Positions 43,844 to 53,663 of a DNA stretch of 64,000 bases are shown here, in pieces. Each line of letters starts with the position of its first letter. Position 1 is the stretch's first letter. A program made the position numbers and the translations under genes. Source of the DNA: an uncultured Vampirovibrionales bacterium (GTDB lineage: Bacteria > Cyanobacteriota > Vampirovibrionia > Vampirovibrionales > Vampirovibrionaceae); contig CAYLWC010000012.1 of assembly GCA_964387265.1 (NCBI GenBank), positions 2,737 through 66,736 on the forward strand, read 5' to 3'. The notes below the pieces were generated by a model. It did no database searches, was not told the origin of the DNA, and was given only the letters and a program-made list of their open reading frames with translations.

Positions 43844-44929
43844 ATGAACCACCATTTTTTTGATTCCCCCCGGTTTTTGGGCAAGGGCCTAAGCGTGTTG
43901 ATGCTTTCTCTTGCGCTTCTATCACCCTTGGCCCAAGGTTCTTTTGCCACCTCCACCCAAAGCGAGACTGTCCGTATTCAGGCGGATCATCAGATTTACA
44001 ACATGGAAACCAAGCAATACCAACTCAAGGGCAATGTTCACGTGGCCTATCAGAACATGACCATCTCGGGCAGCGAAGCCACGATGGATGTGGATGCCAC
44101 CGGCCAGCCTTCAATCGCCAAATTCACCAACCGGCCTTCCTTTAAGAGGATCGCACCGGATAAAGGGGAAGACAAAATCGTGGCCGACACCATCTCAATT
44201 TATCTTAAAGACAACTCATTTGGGGCTGAAGGAAATGTCCAGTCGCAGATTACCACGGTGGCCAGCGATCCTTTTACCATCCGGGCCGATGTACAACGGT
44301 TTGATTCAGCCCGAAACATCATGACCGCTGATGGTAAGGTCAATGTCCTGTACCAGGGGACCGCCGCCTCCAGCGCCCGGGCCATGGTGCGGATGGCAGG
44401 CGGCAAGGCGGAACGAGTCATTTTTTCAGGGGGTGCCAAAGTTGATAAGGAAGACAGCCAGGTCACAGGCGAAAAAATTACCGTCCTGGTGGATTCCGGC
44501 AACCTAATTGCGGAAAACAATGTCAAAACGGTCGTCACCCAAAAAAATAACAACGACAAGATTTATATTTACTCCGATTACCAGCAATATGACAAGGCCT
44601 CCGATCAAATGCTGGCCAGTGGTCATGTCAAACTGATTTTTGGCGATTACGTAGCCACCGGTCCCAAGGCCACATTTAAGCTCAAAGGGAACGATCTGGA
44701 CCGGATTCTACTCACAGGCCGCCCCACGATTAAAGACAAAGAACGGGTGATTACAGCGGATACCATTGTCATTACCACCAACCCCAAGAATTTTGACGCC
44801 AAAGGCAATGTCAAAATCCAGTTTCAGGCCAAAAAGCAGCCTGCTACGGCTACCCCCGCCGCTCAACCCACATCGGCAGGCAGTAGCGCTCCCCAGCTCC
44901 CGGAAGATACCTTTAATGAAGAATTTTAG
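43844..44929 (+). CDS. lptA: LptA-family periplasmic LPS-transport protein with tandem OstA-like domains
   Basis: Internal ATG giving a signal peptide (…LMLSLALLSPLAQGS). Repeated OstA-N beta-jellyroll segments. Followed by lptB and lptF/G. Confidence 0.6.
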   Translation: MNHHFFDSPRFLGKGLSVLMLSLALLSPLAQGSFATSTQSETVRIQADHQIYNMETKQYQLKGNVHVAYQNMTISGSEATMDVDATGQPSIAKFTNRPSFKRIAPDKGEDKIVADTISIYLKDNSFGAEGNVQSQITTVASDPFTIRADVQRFDSARNIMTADGKVNVLYQGTAASSARAMVRMAGGKAERVIFSGGAKVDKEDSQVTGEKITVLVDSGNLIAENNVKTVVTQKNNNDKIYIYSDYQQYDKASDQMLASGHVKLIFGDYVATGPKATFKLKGNDLDRILLTGRPTIKDKERVITADTIVITTNPKNFDAKGNVKIQFQAKKQPATATPAAQPTSAGSSAPQLPEDTFNEEF

Positions 44930-44944
44930 AAGCGTTTTTGCTAA

Positions 44945-45664
44945 ATGACCCTGACTGTTCAACACCTGTTTAAAAGCTATGCGGGCCGTCCCGTGGTCAA
45001 TGATGTTTCCTTCGACGTCAAGGAAGGGGAAATTGTGGGACTCCTGGGCCCCAATGGTGCCGGGAAAACCACCACCTTCTACTCAGTGGTGGGGATTATT
45101 CAGCCTGATCAGGGCCGCGTATTACTGGATGACAATAATGTCTTGGGTCTACCGATTCATCAGCGCGCCCGGGCCGGGATTGGCTACCTGCCCCAGGAAA
45201 CGTCCGTATTTCGCAAGCTGACAGTGGAAGAGAACCTGCAACTGGTGCTGGAGTTTCAACCCATTTCCGGGAAAGAACGAAAAGCCCGTATCGATGCTTT
45301 ATTGCAAGAGTTTGGCGTCGAAAAACTCCGGAAAACCCCAGCCATTCAGCTTTCCGGTGGGGAGCGTCGCCGGGTGGAAATTGCCCGCGCCATTGCCTCC
45401 AATCCCCGGTATTTATTGCTGGATGAACCGTTCACCGGGATTGACCCCATTGCCATTCAGGACATTCAAAAACTGATCGCCCTGCTCAAAACCAAGGGGC
45501 TGGGCATCCTATTGACCGACCACAACCCGAAAGCCACCTTGTCCATCGTGGACCGGGCCAACATTATCCATGACGGCAAGCTGATTTTCTCCGGTACCAA
45601 CGTGGAAGTGGCGGTCAATGACATGGTTCGAAAGTATTACCTGGGCGAAGACTTCGCTTTATAA
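44945..45664 (+). CDS. lptB: LPS export ABC transporter ATP-binding protein LptB
   Basis: Walker A GPNGAGKTT, signature LSGGERRRVEIARA, Walker B LLLDEPF. 239 aa. Confidence 0.85.
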   Translation: MTLTVQHLFKSYAGRPVVNDVSFDVKEGEIVGLLGPNGAGKTTTFYSVVGIIQPDQGRVLLDDNNVLGLPIHQRARAGIGYLPQETSVFRKLTVEENLQLVLEFQPISGKERKARIDALLQEFGVEKLRKTPAIQLSGGERRRVEIARAIASNPRYLLLDEPFTGIDPIAIQDIQKLIALLKTKGLGILLTDHNPKATLSIVDRANIIHDGKLIFSGTNVEVAVNDMVRKYYLGEDFAL

Positions 45665-45679
45665 GACAGGACGCTCCTT

Positions 45680-46810
45680 GTGCAACGCTCTCGTTTCATC
45701 ACCACCCTGGACTGCTACCTGTTTGTTGAACTGAGTTTAACGATTCTCTTTGGCGTGGTGTTGTTCAGTGTCATCTGGCTTGCGCCGGATACGTTGTTTA
45801 AACTCATTCAGTACGTGTTTGCCGGGAAAATCACAGTGCCTCAAGCGGCCTTGATTTTTGCCTATCATATCCCGCCGGTCCTTCAGCAATCCGTCCCCAT
45901 TGCGGTCTTAATGGGCAGTATTTTTCTGTTTCAACGACTTAGCCAGAGTTATGAGCTGGTGGCCATGCAAGCCAGCGGGATCTCCCCCATGCGCATGCTA
46001 CAGTCCGTACTGCTGGTCGGGCTGCTTTTTGGCTTGATCCACCTGGCCGCACAAGAATGGATTACCCCTAAGACCAGCCCCTTGCTGGAAAGTCAATACC
46101 GCGCCCTGGAACTGAAAGACCATCCTGACCGCAACTTTGTGTTTGTGGAAAAAAATCATGAAGGGCGGCTCGATAAATTTTTCATGATCGGCCAACTCCA
46201 GCAAAACGCCTTGCGGGATTTTATCATTCTCTATTATGACGATAACGGAGAAGGGGGCGTTCGGATTTCCCGGATTCTTCGAGCCGCCTCCGGGGGATGG
46301 AATCACAAAACCAAGCAATGGCAGCTGATGAACGGGATTGAGTATGTCCTTAGCGAAGAAGGGGTCTACCGGGAGATTCGGCCTTTTGAGGAGCAGCAGA
46401 TCCGTACCGATAAATATGCTGCCAAATTGCTGGACTACAGCCGGGTCAACCCGATGGATATGGATGGTAAAACCCTAAGGCGTTATATTAACCTGCTTGA
46501 TGAGGGGGGGCAGCGACAAGACATCCCGTTTTTCCGAGTTCGTTTTCATCAAAAATGGGCGGGGCCCTTGGCCGCGGTGGCCTTTGCCTTGCTGGGCGCC
46601 TTGCTGGGGATGGAGCGGGTCCGTACCAGTCGCAGTTTCAGCCTGACTTTTGGCGCCATGACCATTTTCTTTTACAGCATCCTCGTGCCGTTTGCCGCCA
46701 ACCTGGGTAGCCTTGGGCTGGTCCACCCGGCCATTGTCGCCTGGTTCCCGCTGGTTATCACCCTTAGCCTCGCGTTGCTGCTACTCCGCATCCGTCCATT
46801 GGAAAGCTAG
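45680..46810 (+). CDS. LPS export permease LptF/LptG (YjgP/YjgQ family)
   Basis: GTG start. Six TM helices with a large periplasmic loop. Lies after lptB. Confidence 0.7.
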   Translation: MQRSRFITTLDCYLFVELSLTILFGVVLFSVIWLAPDTLFKLIQYVFAGKITVPQAALIFAYHIPPVLQQSVPIAVLMGSIFLFQRLSQSYELVAMQASGISPMRMLQSVLLVGLLFGLIHLAAQEWITPKTSPLLESQYRALELKDHPDRNFVFVEKNHEGRLDKFFMIGQLQQNALRDFIILYYDDNGEGGVRISRILRAASGGWNHKTKQWQLMNGIEYVLSEEGVYREIRPFEEQQIRTDKYAAKLLDYSRVNPMDMDGKTLRRYINLLDEGGQRQDIPFFRVRFHQKWAGPLAAVAFALLGALLGMERVRTSRSFSLTFGAMTIFFYSILVPFAANLGSLGLVHPAIVAWFPLVITLSLALLLLRIRPLES

Positions 46811-46885
46811 CCAAAGCAAAGGATAACGCCTTCCTAAAAAATCGACTACAATGAAAACAGCGGGTCGTGAAGGTGCTGGTTTGGC

Positions 46886-47962
46886 ATGACCAAATTTAAA
46901 AACTATTATCACATTCTGGAGCTGGGCGAATTTGCCGATGGCGAGGCCATTAAGGCCGCTTATCGTAAGCTGGCCCGCCAGTACCACCCTGATGTGAACC
47001 CCAGCGATGCGGCTGGGGAAAAATTCAAGCTGCTCAATGAAGCGTATGACGTCCTCGGTGATCCGGATAAGAAGGTCCTTTACGACCAGTCACTCAAAAT
47101 TGTCCAGAAAAAAGTCACCAAGCCTGCTGAAGCCAAAACCACCGCTGGGGCCTCCGGTAAAAAAGCCTCCCCGCCCCCGTCCTCTTCCGATCTCCGAGAC
47201 AAAACCGCCGCTTCCATTAACGAGTTATTTGAAAGCTTCCTCAAAAAAGGCTTGGGGGGCGTCCCACCCCAGGACAACAAAACAAAACACTCCCACAAGA
47301 AAGAGCAAGACGGGGTGTTTAAAAACAACCGGAAAGATAATAAAGCCACCCGAGGTCAGGATGTAACGGTGGAAGCCAGCATCACTCCTATGGAAGCGCA
47401 GCAAGGCGTGGTCAAGACCGTCAATGTGCAGCACAACGAGGTCTGCAAACGCTGTAATGGCACTGGGAAAATCAACGGCAGCCAATGTGGCACCTGCCAT
47501 GGCGAAAAGATCATGATTCGGCTGAAAAAAATTGATGTCCGCATCCCCGCAGGCGTTAAACAGGGCTCCAAGGTCCGGGTGGCCGGAGAAGGAGGCCGGG
47601 GACAAAACAACGGAGAGAACGGGGATCTGTTTCTCCAGATCCAGATTGCCATGGACCCGTCCTTACGGATTGAAGGGCTGGATGTTTACGGAGAAGCTGT
47701 TATTTCGGTGCTAGAAGCCGTATTGGGTGGAGAGATTAACGTCCCCACCCTGGCTGGATCTTATAAAGTCACCATCCCCCCACTCAGTTCCACCGGCAAA
47801 GTTCTCCGGCTCAAGGAGCAGGGCGTACAAAACGGCCAGCTCAAGGGCGATCACTTTGTAACCCTGAAAATCATGGCCCCCGAAAGCCTGACGGCCAAAG
47901 AAAAAGAACTGTATGAAGAATTGGCTCGACTGCAAAAAAACGCGGCTCGGAAAAAAAGCTGA
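46886..47962 (+). CDS. DnaJ-domain protein (J domain, single CxxCxGxG pair, DnaJ C-terminal domain)
   Basis: YYHILELGEFADGEAIKAAYRKLARQYHPDVN (HPD motif). CKRCNGTGK…CGTCHGEK. Directly upstream of fliP. Confidence 0.7.
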   Translation: MTKFKNYYHILELGEFADGEAIKAAYRKLARQYHPDVNPSDAAGEKFKLLNEAYDVLGDPDKKVLYDQSLKIVQKKVTKPAEAKTTAGASGKKASPPPSSSDLRDKTAASINELFESFLKKGLGGVPPQDNKTKHSHKKEQDGVFKNNRKDNKATRGQDVTVEASITPMEAQQGVVKTVNVQHNEVCKRCNGTGKINGSQCGTCHGEKIMIRLKKIDVRIPAGVKQGSKVRVAGEGGRGQNNGENGDLFLQIQIAMDPSLRIEGLDVYGEAVISVLEAVLGGEINVPTLAGSYKVTIPPLSSTGKVLRLKEQGVQNGQLKGDHFVTLKIMAPESLTAKEKELYEELARLQKNAARKKS

Positions 47963-48120
47963 TTTTCCGTTTCCCCACACAAAGGCCTACCCTGTTGAAT
48001 GCACCCCTCCACCTACATCCTTTGGATGATGATCGCTGGCGGGAAAAAATCCATAATGTGGATGAGAGGTGTGAAAAAAGACCCCGAAACATTCGGAAAA
48101 AGTGTCGGAAAGGTTCTGTT

Positions 48121-48894
48121 GTGGAATTTCAAGTGAGGATACCGGTATGGTGGAAAGCCAGCGCTCTGCTCTGCCTGATTGGGCTGGTTTTGCTCATGCC
48201 CCATGCGTCAGCACAAGTAGGGCTTCCCACCATGGATATTCGCATTGGCGAGGCCAACTCCCCGGAGGACGTCAGTAAAGGCCTCCAGATCCTGATTCTA
48301 CTCACGGTGCTAACCCTGGCTCCGGCTATTTTGGTGATGGCCACTTCTTTTACCCGCATTGTCATTGTGCTGTCTTTGGTTCGTCAAGCCATCGGTACCC
48401 CAACTTTACCACCTAGCCAGGTGATTATCGGACTCTCGCTCATTTTGAGCTTTTTTGTCATGTCCCCGACGTTTACCCAGATGAATAATGAGGCTCTGCA
48501 GCCCTATCTCAAAGGGGAAATGAAACAGGAGGTGGCATTAGACAAGGGGCTTCAGCCATTACGAACCTTTATGTTCCGACAAACCGCTCAAAAAGACCTT
48601 CAGCTCTTTATGGGGTTGGCCAAACTGAAAAAACCCAAAGTAGCCGCCGATATCCCCACCTATGTATTGCTGCCAGCCTTTGTAATCAGCGAGCTGAAAA
48701 CCGCGTTCCAGCTGGGTTTTATTATCTTTCTGCCTTTTATCATCATTGACGTGGTGGTTTCCAGCATCCTGGTGTCTATGGGGATGCTCTTTTTGCCCCC
48801 GACCACCATCTCGCTACCCTTCAAGATCGTGCTGTTTGTCCTGGTGGACGGCTGGTACCTGATTACCCAATCCCTGGTTTCCGGGTTCTTATAA
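48121..48894 (+). CDS. fliP: Flagellar export apparatus protein FliP
   Basis: GTG start after GGAAAGG (a GTG at 48133 is also possible). Signal-like N-terminus. Conserved …GLQILILLTVLTLAPAILVMATSFTRIVIVLSLVRQAIG…. Confidence 0.85.
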   Translation: MEFQVRIPVWWKASALLCLIGLVLLMPHASAQVGLPTMDIRIGEANSPEDVSKGLQILILLTVLTLAPAILVMATSFTRIVIVLSLVRQAIGTPTLPPSQVIIGLSLILSFFVMSPTFTQMNNEALQPYLKGEMKQEVALDKGLQPLRTFMFRQTAQKDLQLFMGLAKLKKPKVAADIPTYVLLPAFVISELKTAFQLGFIIFLPFIIIDVVVSSILVSMGMLFLPPTTISLPFKIVLFVLVDGWYLITQSLVSGFL

Positions 48895-48910
48895 AGGAGT
48901 GTAATCCCCC

Positions 48911-49189
48911 ATGGACGTGGCATCGTTAACTGAAATCCTGCAAAAGGCCATTTGGATGATGATTCTGCTATCGGCCCCGATTTTATTGGTCAGCATGGTC
49001 GTCGGTCTGGGCATTTCCATCTTCCAGGCCGTCACCCAGATTCAGGAAGCCACGCTGACGTTTGTCCCCAAAATTTTTGCGGCCTTTCTGGTACTCGCCA
49101 TGCTGAGCCCGTGGTTTATCGGTACCATTGTGGACTATTCCGGCGGGCTATTTCGAGAGCTTGCCGTCATTGCCAAGAAGCCCAAATAA
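48911..49189 (+). CDS. fliQ: Flagellar export apparatus protein FliQ
   Basis: 92-aa two-TM protein with a FliQ-like sequence. 16 nt after fliP. Confidence 0.8.
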   Translation: MDVASLTEILQKAIWMMILLSAPILLVSMVVGLGISIFQAVTQIQEATLTFVPKIFAAFLVLAMLSPWFIGTIVDYSGGLFRELAVIAKKPK

Positions 49190-49203
49190 AGGAGTCTGGT
49201 GTA

Positions 49204-49977
49204 TTGGATTTAAGCCTACTGACCGTTCAGACCGTGATTGCCTTTCTGCTGATTCTGTTTCGTATCAGCGGGATGATCGTCAGTGCGCCCCTGCTCAACA
49301 ACCCGTCAATCCCTGCCCAAAGTAAAATTGGAATGGCGCTGGCCCTTTCCCTCATCCTCTTTCCTCTCCACAGCAATAACCTGGTTGTCCCCACCGATCT
49401 CATCCAGTTTACCGTGCTTGGCTTTCAGGAGATCGTCCTGGGGCTGTTGCTGGGCTTTGCCGCCAATTTGGTGTTTATCAGTCTGCAGATGGCGGGTGAA
49501 TTTATCAGCGTCCAAATGGGCCTCTCCATCTCCAGCGCCCTGGACCCCATTACCGGGACTCAAACCCCCACCATCGGACAGTTGTTTTTGTATTTTGCGA
49601 TTTTGATTTTCCTGACCCTGAACATCCACCATGCCTTAATCTTAGGGGTCCATCACAGCTTTGAATGGGTCCCCCTGGGCAACTTCCTGAGCCATGGCGG
49701 ATTGATGACCGAGCGCTTTGTCCGCCTGAGTTCTGAGATGTTTATTCTGGCCCTGATGGTCGGTGTGCCCGTCATGGGGATTATGCTGCTCACAGAAGTG
49801 GCCTTGGGCTTTATGGCCAAAGTCATGCCGCAGATGAATATTTTTATGGTCGGCTTGCCCTTAAAAGTAGCGGTGGGGCTCCTCACCATACTGGTCTGCA
49901 TGCCCTATCTGGCCGAGCTACTGGGCAATCGTTACGCCGATCTGGTTCAGCAACTGACGCGCTTGTACGCGACTTAG
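49204..49977 (+). CDS. fliR: Flagellar export apparatus protein FliR (TTG start inferred)
   Basis: In-frame TTG 9 nt after AAGGAG that overlaps the fliQ stop. The ORF-track extension upstream overlaps fliQ and is rejected. About 257 aa, 6 TM. Confidence 0.7.
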   Translation: MDLSLLTVQTVIAFLLILFRISGMIVSAPLLNNPSIPAQSKIGMALALSLILFPLHSNNLVVPTDLIQFTVLGFQEIVLGLLLGFAANLVFISLQMAGEFISVQMGLSISSALDPITGTQTPTIGQLFLYFAILIFLTLNIHHALILGVHHSFEWVPLGNFLSHGGLMTERFVRLSSEMFILALMVGVPVMGIMLLTEVALGFMAKVMPQMNIFMVGLPLKVAVGLLTILVCMPYLAELLGNRYADLVQQLTRLYAT

Positions 49978-49986
49978 GAGACGTTC

Positions 49987-51075
49987 ATGGCCTCAGACAA
50001 TAAAACTGAAAAGCCAACGCCCCGAAAGATCCAGCAAGCACGGGAGCAAGGCCAGGTCGCCAAAAGCCAGGATATGAACAGCGCCATCTCTCTAGGGACT
50101 GCCACCTTGGGGATTGCCTTTATCGGCCCCTATACCTTCACCATGGTTTATTCCATGATGCAGTACAGCTTGTCCCATCTCTCCGCTCGCCCCATGACCC
50201 TGGCCAGCTTCAGCCAGACGTTACAGCAAACCATTGAGTCCATTGTCTGGTTGTTGTTCCCTTTTCTACTGATGATGCTGTGTATGGGGGTTTTAAGCAA
50301 CCTGGTTCAAATCAAGCCGCTGTTTACCGTCAAACCCCTAATGCCCAAATTGGAAAAGATCAACCCACTCAAAGGTTTTCAACGCCTCTGGTCCCTGAGA
50401 TCCATTGTGGAAGTGGTCAAATCCCTGATTAAAATGACTGTTATCGGCGTCTCCGGGGTGTTGATTATCAAGGGACACATAGGGGAATTGATGATGCTGG
50501 GGTCGGTAGAAGTATCCCTGGCCTGGAGCACCATTTTTCAAGTCATGGGACAGATTGCCCTTTGGGCAACGATTCTGTTTCTGATACTGGGCATGGTGGA
50601 CTGGTGGTATCAGTCGTATGAGCTGGAAAAACAACTGCGCATGACCAAGCAGGATATTAAAGACGAGCGGAAAAACCAGGAAGGGGATCCCATGATCAAA
50701 AGCCGAATCCGGCAAGTGGGGATCCAGATTTCCAAAAACAAACAGCTGGCCATGGTTCCCACCGCCGATGTGGTGATTACCAACCCGACCCACTTTTCCA
50801 TTGCCATTCGCTATGATCCCGATGAAGCCCCGGCCCCCCGCGTCATCGCCAAGGGTCAAGACCACTTTGCTTTCAAGATTCGGGAAGTGGCCAAGGAGCA
50901 TAACATTCCGTTGGTGGAAAACAAACCCCTGGCTCGATCGCTGTACGCGATGGTGGAAGTGGAGCATATGATTCCCCCGGAACTGTTTGTGGCGGTGGCT
51001 GAGGTCATGGCCTTTGTCTTTTCCAAGAACAAGGGCCGAAAGCTGCATAAACTGAAAGGGAGACGTCCCTCATGA
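49987..51075 (+). CDS. flhB: Flagellar export apparatus protein FlhB
   Basis: N-terminal MASDNKTEKPTPRKIQQAREQGQVAKS. Autocleavage motif NPTH (VITNPTHFSIAIRYD). Confidence 0.9.
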   Translation: MASDNKTEKPTPRKIQQAREQGQVAKSQDMNSAISLGTATLGIAFIGPYTFTMVYSMMQYSLSHLSARPMTLASFSQTLQQTIESIVWLLFPFLLMMLCMGVLSNLVQIKPLFTVKPLMPKLEKINPLKGFQRLWSLRSIVEVVKSLIKMTVIGVSGVLIIKGHIGELMMLGSVEVSLAWSTIFQVMGQIALWATILFLILGMVDWWYQSYELEKQLRMTKQDIKDERKNQEGDPMIKSRIRQVGIQISKNKQLAMVPTADVVITNPTHFSIAIRYDPDEAPAPRVIAKGQDHFAFKIREVAKEHNIPLVENKPLARSLYAMVEVEHMIPPELFVAVAEVMAFVFSKNKGRKLHKLKGRRPS

Positions 51076-53180
51076 GTACGGTTCAGGATAAACTGGCGCC
51101 CATCAACTGGAAGAACCTGCTCCGGCACAATGATGTGCTGCTGGCCGTCGGCATGGTGCTGGTGGTCACCATGATGGTCATTCCCTTGCCTTCGATGATC
51201 CTGGATATTCTGTTGACCATTAACCTGGCGCTGGCTATCACCATTTTGCTGGTGACCCTGTATACCCAGGAACCCCTGCAGTACTCTACCTTTCCCACCA
51301 TTTTGCTGATTTCCACCCTGTTTCGTCTGGGGCTGAACGTCAGCTCCACCCGCCTGATTCTGCTTTACGGAGACGCCGGGCAGGTCATTCACGCCTTTGG
51401 GAGCTTTGTCATTGGCGGCAATTACGTGGTGGGTTTGCTCATTTTTATCATCCTGATGATCATTAACTTTATCGTCATTACCAATGGGGCAGGCCGGGTT
51501 TCAGAAGTGGCGGCCCGGTTTACGTTGGACGCCATGCCGGGAAAACAGCTCAGCATTGATGCCGAGTTGAACGCCGGCATGATTGATGAAAAAGAAGCCA
51601 AGCGCCGACGGACCCAAATTCAAAAAGAAGCCGATTTTTACGGGACCATGGATGGTGCCAGCAAGTTTGTTAAAGGCGACGCCATTGCCGGGATTATCAT
51701 TACCATTATTAATATTATCGGCGGTCTGATTATCGGGGTGGTTCAGTTGGGAATGCCCCTGGAAGAGTCCGCAACAACCTTCACGGTCCTGACAGTTGGG
51801 GACGGGTTGGTTTCCCAGCTCCCAGCCCTGATCATCTCCTCTGCCACCGGTATTCTGGTGACCCGGGTCTCCAGCAACGACACTTCTCTGGGCGATGACA
51901 TTGGCGATCAGATGTTTACCAACCCCAAGGTGCTGTCTATTGTCGGCATCCTGCTGTTTCTGATGGGATTGGTCCCTGGGTTGCCCAACCTGCCCTTTAT
52001 GCTGATTGGGATCATCGCCATCGGCAGCAGTTTCCTGCTGGTTAAGAACAAGAAAGAAGCCGAAGCCGCCGCAGAAGAAGCCAAGCAACAGGCCAAAACC
52101 CAGCAGAAAAAGAAAACCACCACGGAGAATGTATTGGATCTGCTGCATGTAGAAACCCTGGAGTTGGAGATTGGCTACCGACTGGTGCCGCTCATTGAGC
52201 CGGATGCCGGAGGCGACTTGCTGGAACGGATTTCTCAAATTCGCCGCCAGGTTGCACTGGAATTGGGGTTTGTGTTGCCCTCGGTTCGCGTCCGGGACAA
52301 TTTGCAGTTATCCCCCAATAAGTACAACATCAAGCTTCGGGGCGTGACCATTGATTCCGGGGAAGTCATGTCGGACCTGTGGCTGGCCATGAGTACGGAT
52401 CCTGACATTACCGAGGAGATCGAAGGTATCGAAACCCGAGAGCCGGCCTTTGGCTTGCCAGCCTTGTGGATTGCCGAGGATCAAAAAGAGCGGGCTGAAG
52501 TTGCCGGGTATACGGTGGTCAGTGCATCAGCGGTTATTTCCACCCACCTGACGGAGGTCATCAAACGATATTCCGCCGAAATTTTAAGCCGCGCTGATGT
52601 TCAAAACCTGCTGAACAATGTGAAAAAGGACAATGAGGCTCTGGTTAGCGATCTGGTTCCTGATGCCCTCACCGAAGCCGAAATCCACCTGATTCTGCAA
52701 AATCTACTCCGGGAAAACGTATCCATTCGAGACATGGTGACCATACTGGAAGCCATGAGCTATCATTACCGCGTCAGCAAGGAGCCCGATTACCTGACCG
52801 AGCAGTGTCGGATGGCCCTGTCCCGCAGCATCTGCAAGCAATACCAGAACCCGGATACGGGAGAACTCCCCGCGTTGACGCTAGACCCGGCTCTGGAGGA
52901 ACAAATAGCCCAAGGACTCACACCAGATGGGCAAGTTCTGGCCCTGGGTCCAGTTCTAACCCAAGGCCTGCTCAATGGATTGAACCGAGAAATTGAAAAA
53001 ATCATTTCCGAACAAGGAATCCAGCCGGTAATTTTGTGTAACGCCCGACTACGACTTCCTCTTCGGAGACTACTTGAAAGAATGCTCCCGCAAATTGCCG
53101 TTCTTTCCTATAATGAAATTGGACCTACCGTGAAAGCCACTGCCGTGGGTTCTGTCCGACTGGATACAGCCCAAAATTGA
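51072..53180 (+). CDS. flhA: Flagellar export apparatus protein FlhA
   Basis: 702 aa. N-terminal 8-TM domain with FHIIP-family motifs plus a large cytoplasmic domain. 4-nt overlap with flhB. Confidence 0.9.
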   Translation: MSTVQDKLAPINWKNLLRHNDVLLAVGMVLVVTMMVIPLPSMILDILLTINLALAITILLVTLYTQEPLQYSTFPTILLISTLFRLGLNVSSTRLILLYGDAGQVIHAFGSFVIGGNYVVGLLIFIILMIINFIVITNGAGRVSEVAARFTLDAMPGKQLSIDAELNAGMIDEKEAKRRRTQIQKEADFYGTMDGASKFVKGDAIAGIIITIINIIGGLIIGVVQLGMPLEESATTFTVLTVGDGLVSQLPALIISSATGILVTRVSSNDTSLGDDIGDQMFTNPKVLSIVGILLFLMGLVPGLPNLPFMLIGIIAIGSSFLLVKNKKEAEAAAEEAKQQAKTQQKKKTTTENVLDLLHVETLELEIGYRLVPLIEPDAGGDLLERISQIRRQVALELGFVLPSVRVRDNLQLSPNKYNIKLRGVTIDSGEVMSDLWLAMSTDPDITEEIEGIETREPAFGLPALWIAEDQKERAEVAGYTVVSASAVISTHLTEVIKRYSAEILSRADVQNLLNNVKKDNEALVSDLVPDALTEAEIHLILQNLLRENVSIRDMVTILEAMSYHYRVSKEPDYLTEQCRMALSRSICKQYQNPDTGELPALTLDPALEEQIAQGLTPDGQVLALGPVLTQGLLNGLNREIEKIISEQGIQPVILCNARLRLPLRRLLERMLPQIAVLSYNEIGPTVKATAVGSVRLDTAQN

Positions 53181-53194
53181 GTTGAGGCCCCCGC

Positions 53195-53521
53195 ATGAAA
53201 CTGACTACCAAAATTACCGGTCTGTGCGCCTGCAGCGCCGTCATCCTGACCATCTATACCGGGGTCTTTAACGGCATGGCGCCTCTGGAAATCATCTCCT
53301 TAGCGATCCCAGGGGCCGCTTTGGCGAGTTTTTTCGGGTATCAGATCGGGGATATTTTGTCTAAGCCCAAAGGAAACCCTCACAAGCGTTCCCGGAAAAA
53401 AGCCGAGAAAAAGCAAAGCACTCCCCAAGCAGAACCCATTGCTCCCATCACCGGAAATGAAACCTTTTTATCAGACCTAGAAACCCCTTTGATCGAAGAA
53501 AATTCCCCATTAAATGACTAA
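53195..53521 (+). CDS. Hypothetical small membrane protein downstream of flhA
   Basis: 108-aa ORF with two hydrophobic helices and a Lys/Pro-rich tail. Not FlhF. Confidence 0.35.
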   Translation: MKLTTKITGLCACSAVILTIYTGVFNGMAPLEIISLAIPGAALASFFGYQIGDILSKPKGNPHKRSRKKAEKKQSTPQAEPIAPITGNETFLSDLETPLIEENSPLND

Positions 53522-53559
53522 TCACCCTTTGAATAAACTCTTTTCTGGCAATTAAGGGG

Positions 53560-53587
53560 GGCATTTTCAGGAAATGCCTTATTTTGG
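53560..53587 (+). terminator. Rho-independent terminator (GGCATTT-TCAGG-AAATGCC then TTATTTTGG)
   Basis: Read from the sequence. Ends the fliP–flhA transcription unit. Confidence 0.55.
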
Positions 53588-53593
53588 TATAAT
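53585..53593 (+). promoter_or_regulatory. Extended -10 promoter element TGgTATAAT
   Basis: Exact TGnTATAAT about 70 nt upstream of the CDF-fusion gene start. No strong -35 seen. Confidence 0.4.
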
Positions 53594-53663
53594 GGGAGCA
53601 AGATAGGTGATCCCATTAAAGATTTAAAATCAGTGTTCGATATTCATAATGTCGGTTCAGTGA

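Noticed and set aside
48952-49203. N-terminal 84 codons of the ORF-track entry 48952..49977 (MDDDSAIGPDF…)
   Set aside because: Overlaps fliQ almost completely in another frame. A proper SD (AAGGAG) and in-frame TTG occur right after the fliQ stop, giving a FliR of normal length.
50338-52238. Long minus-strand ORFs (50338..51048, 50856..51392, 51501..52238) inside flhB and flhA
   Set aside because: Antisense to highly conserved flagellar export genes. Translations are Gly/His/Gln-rich nonsense.
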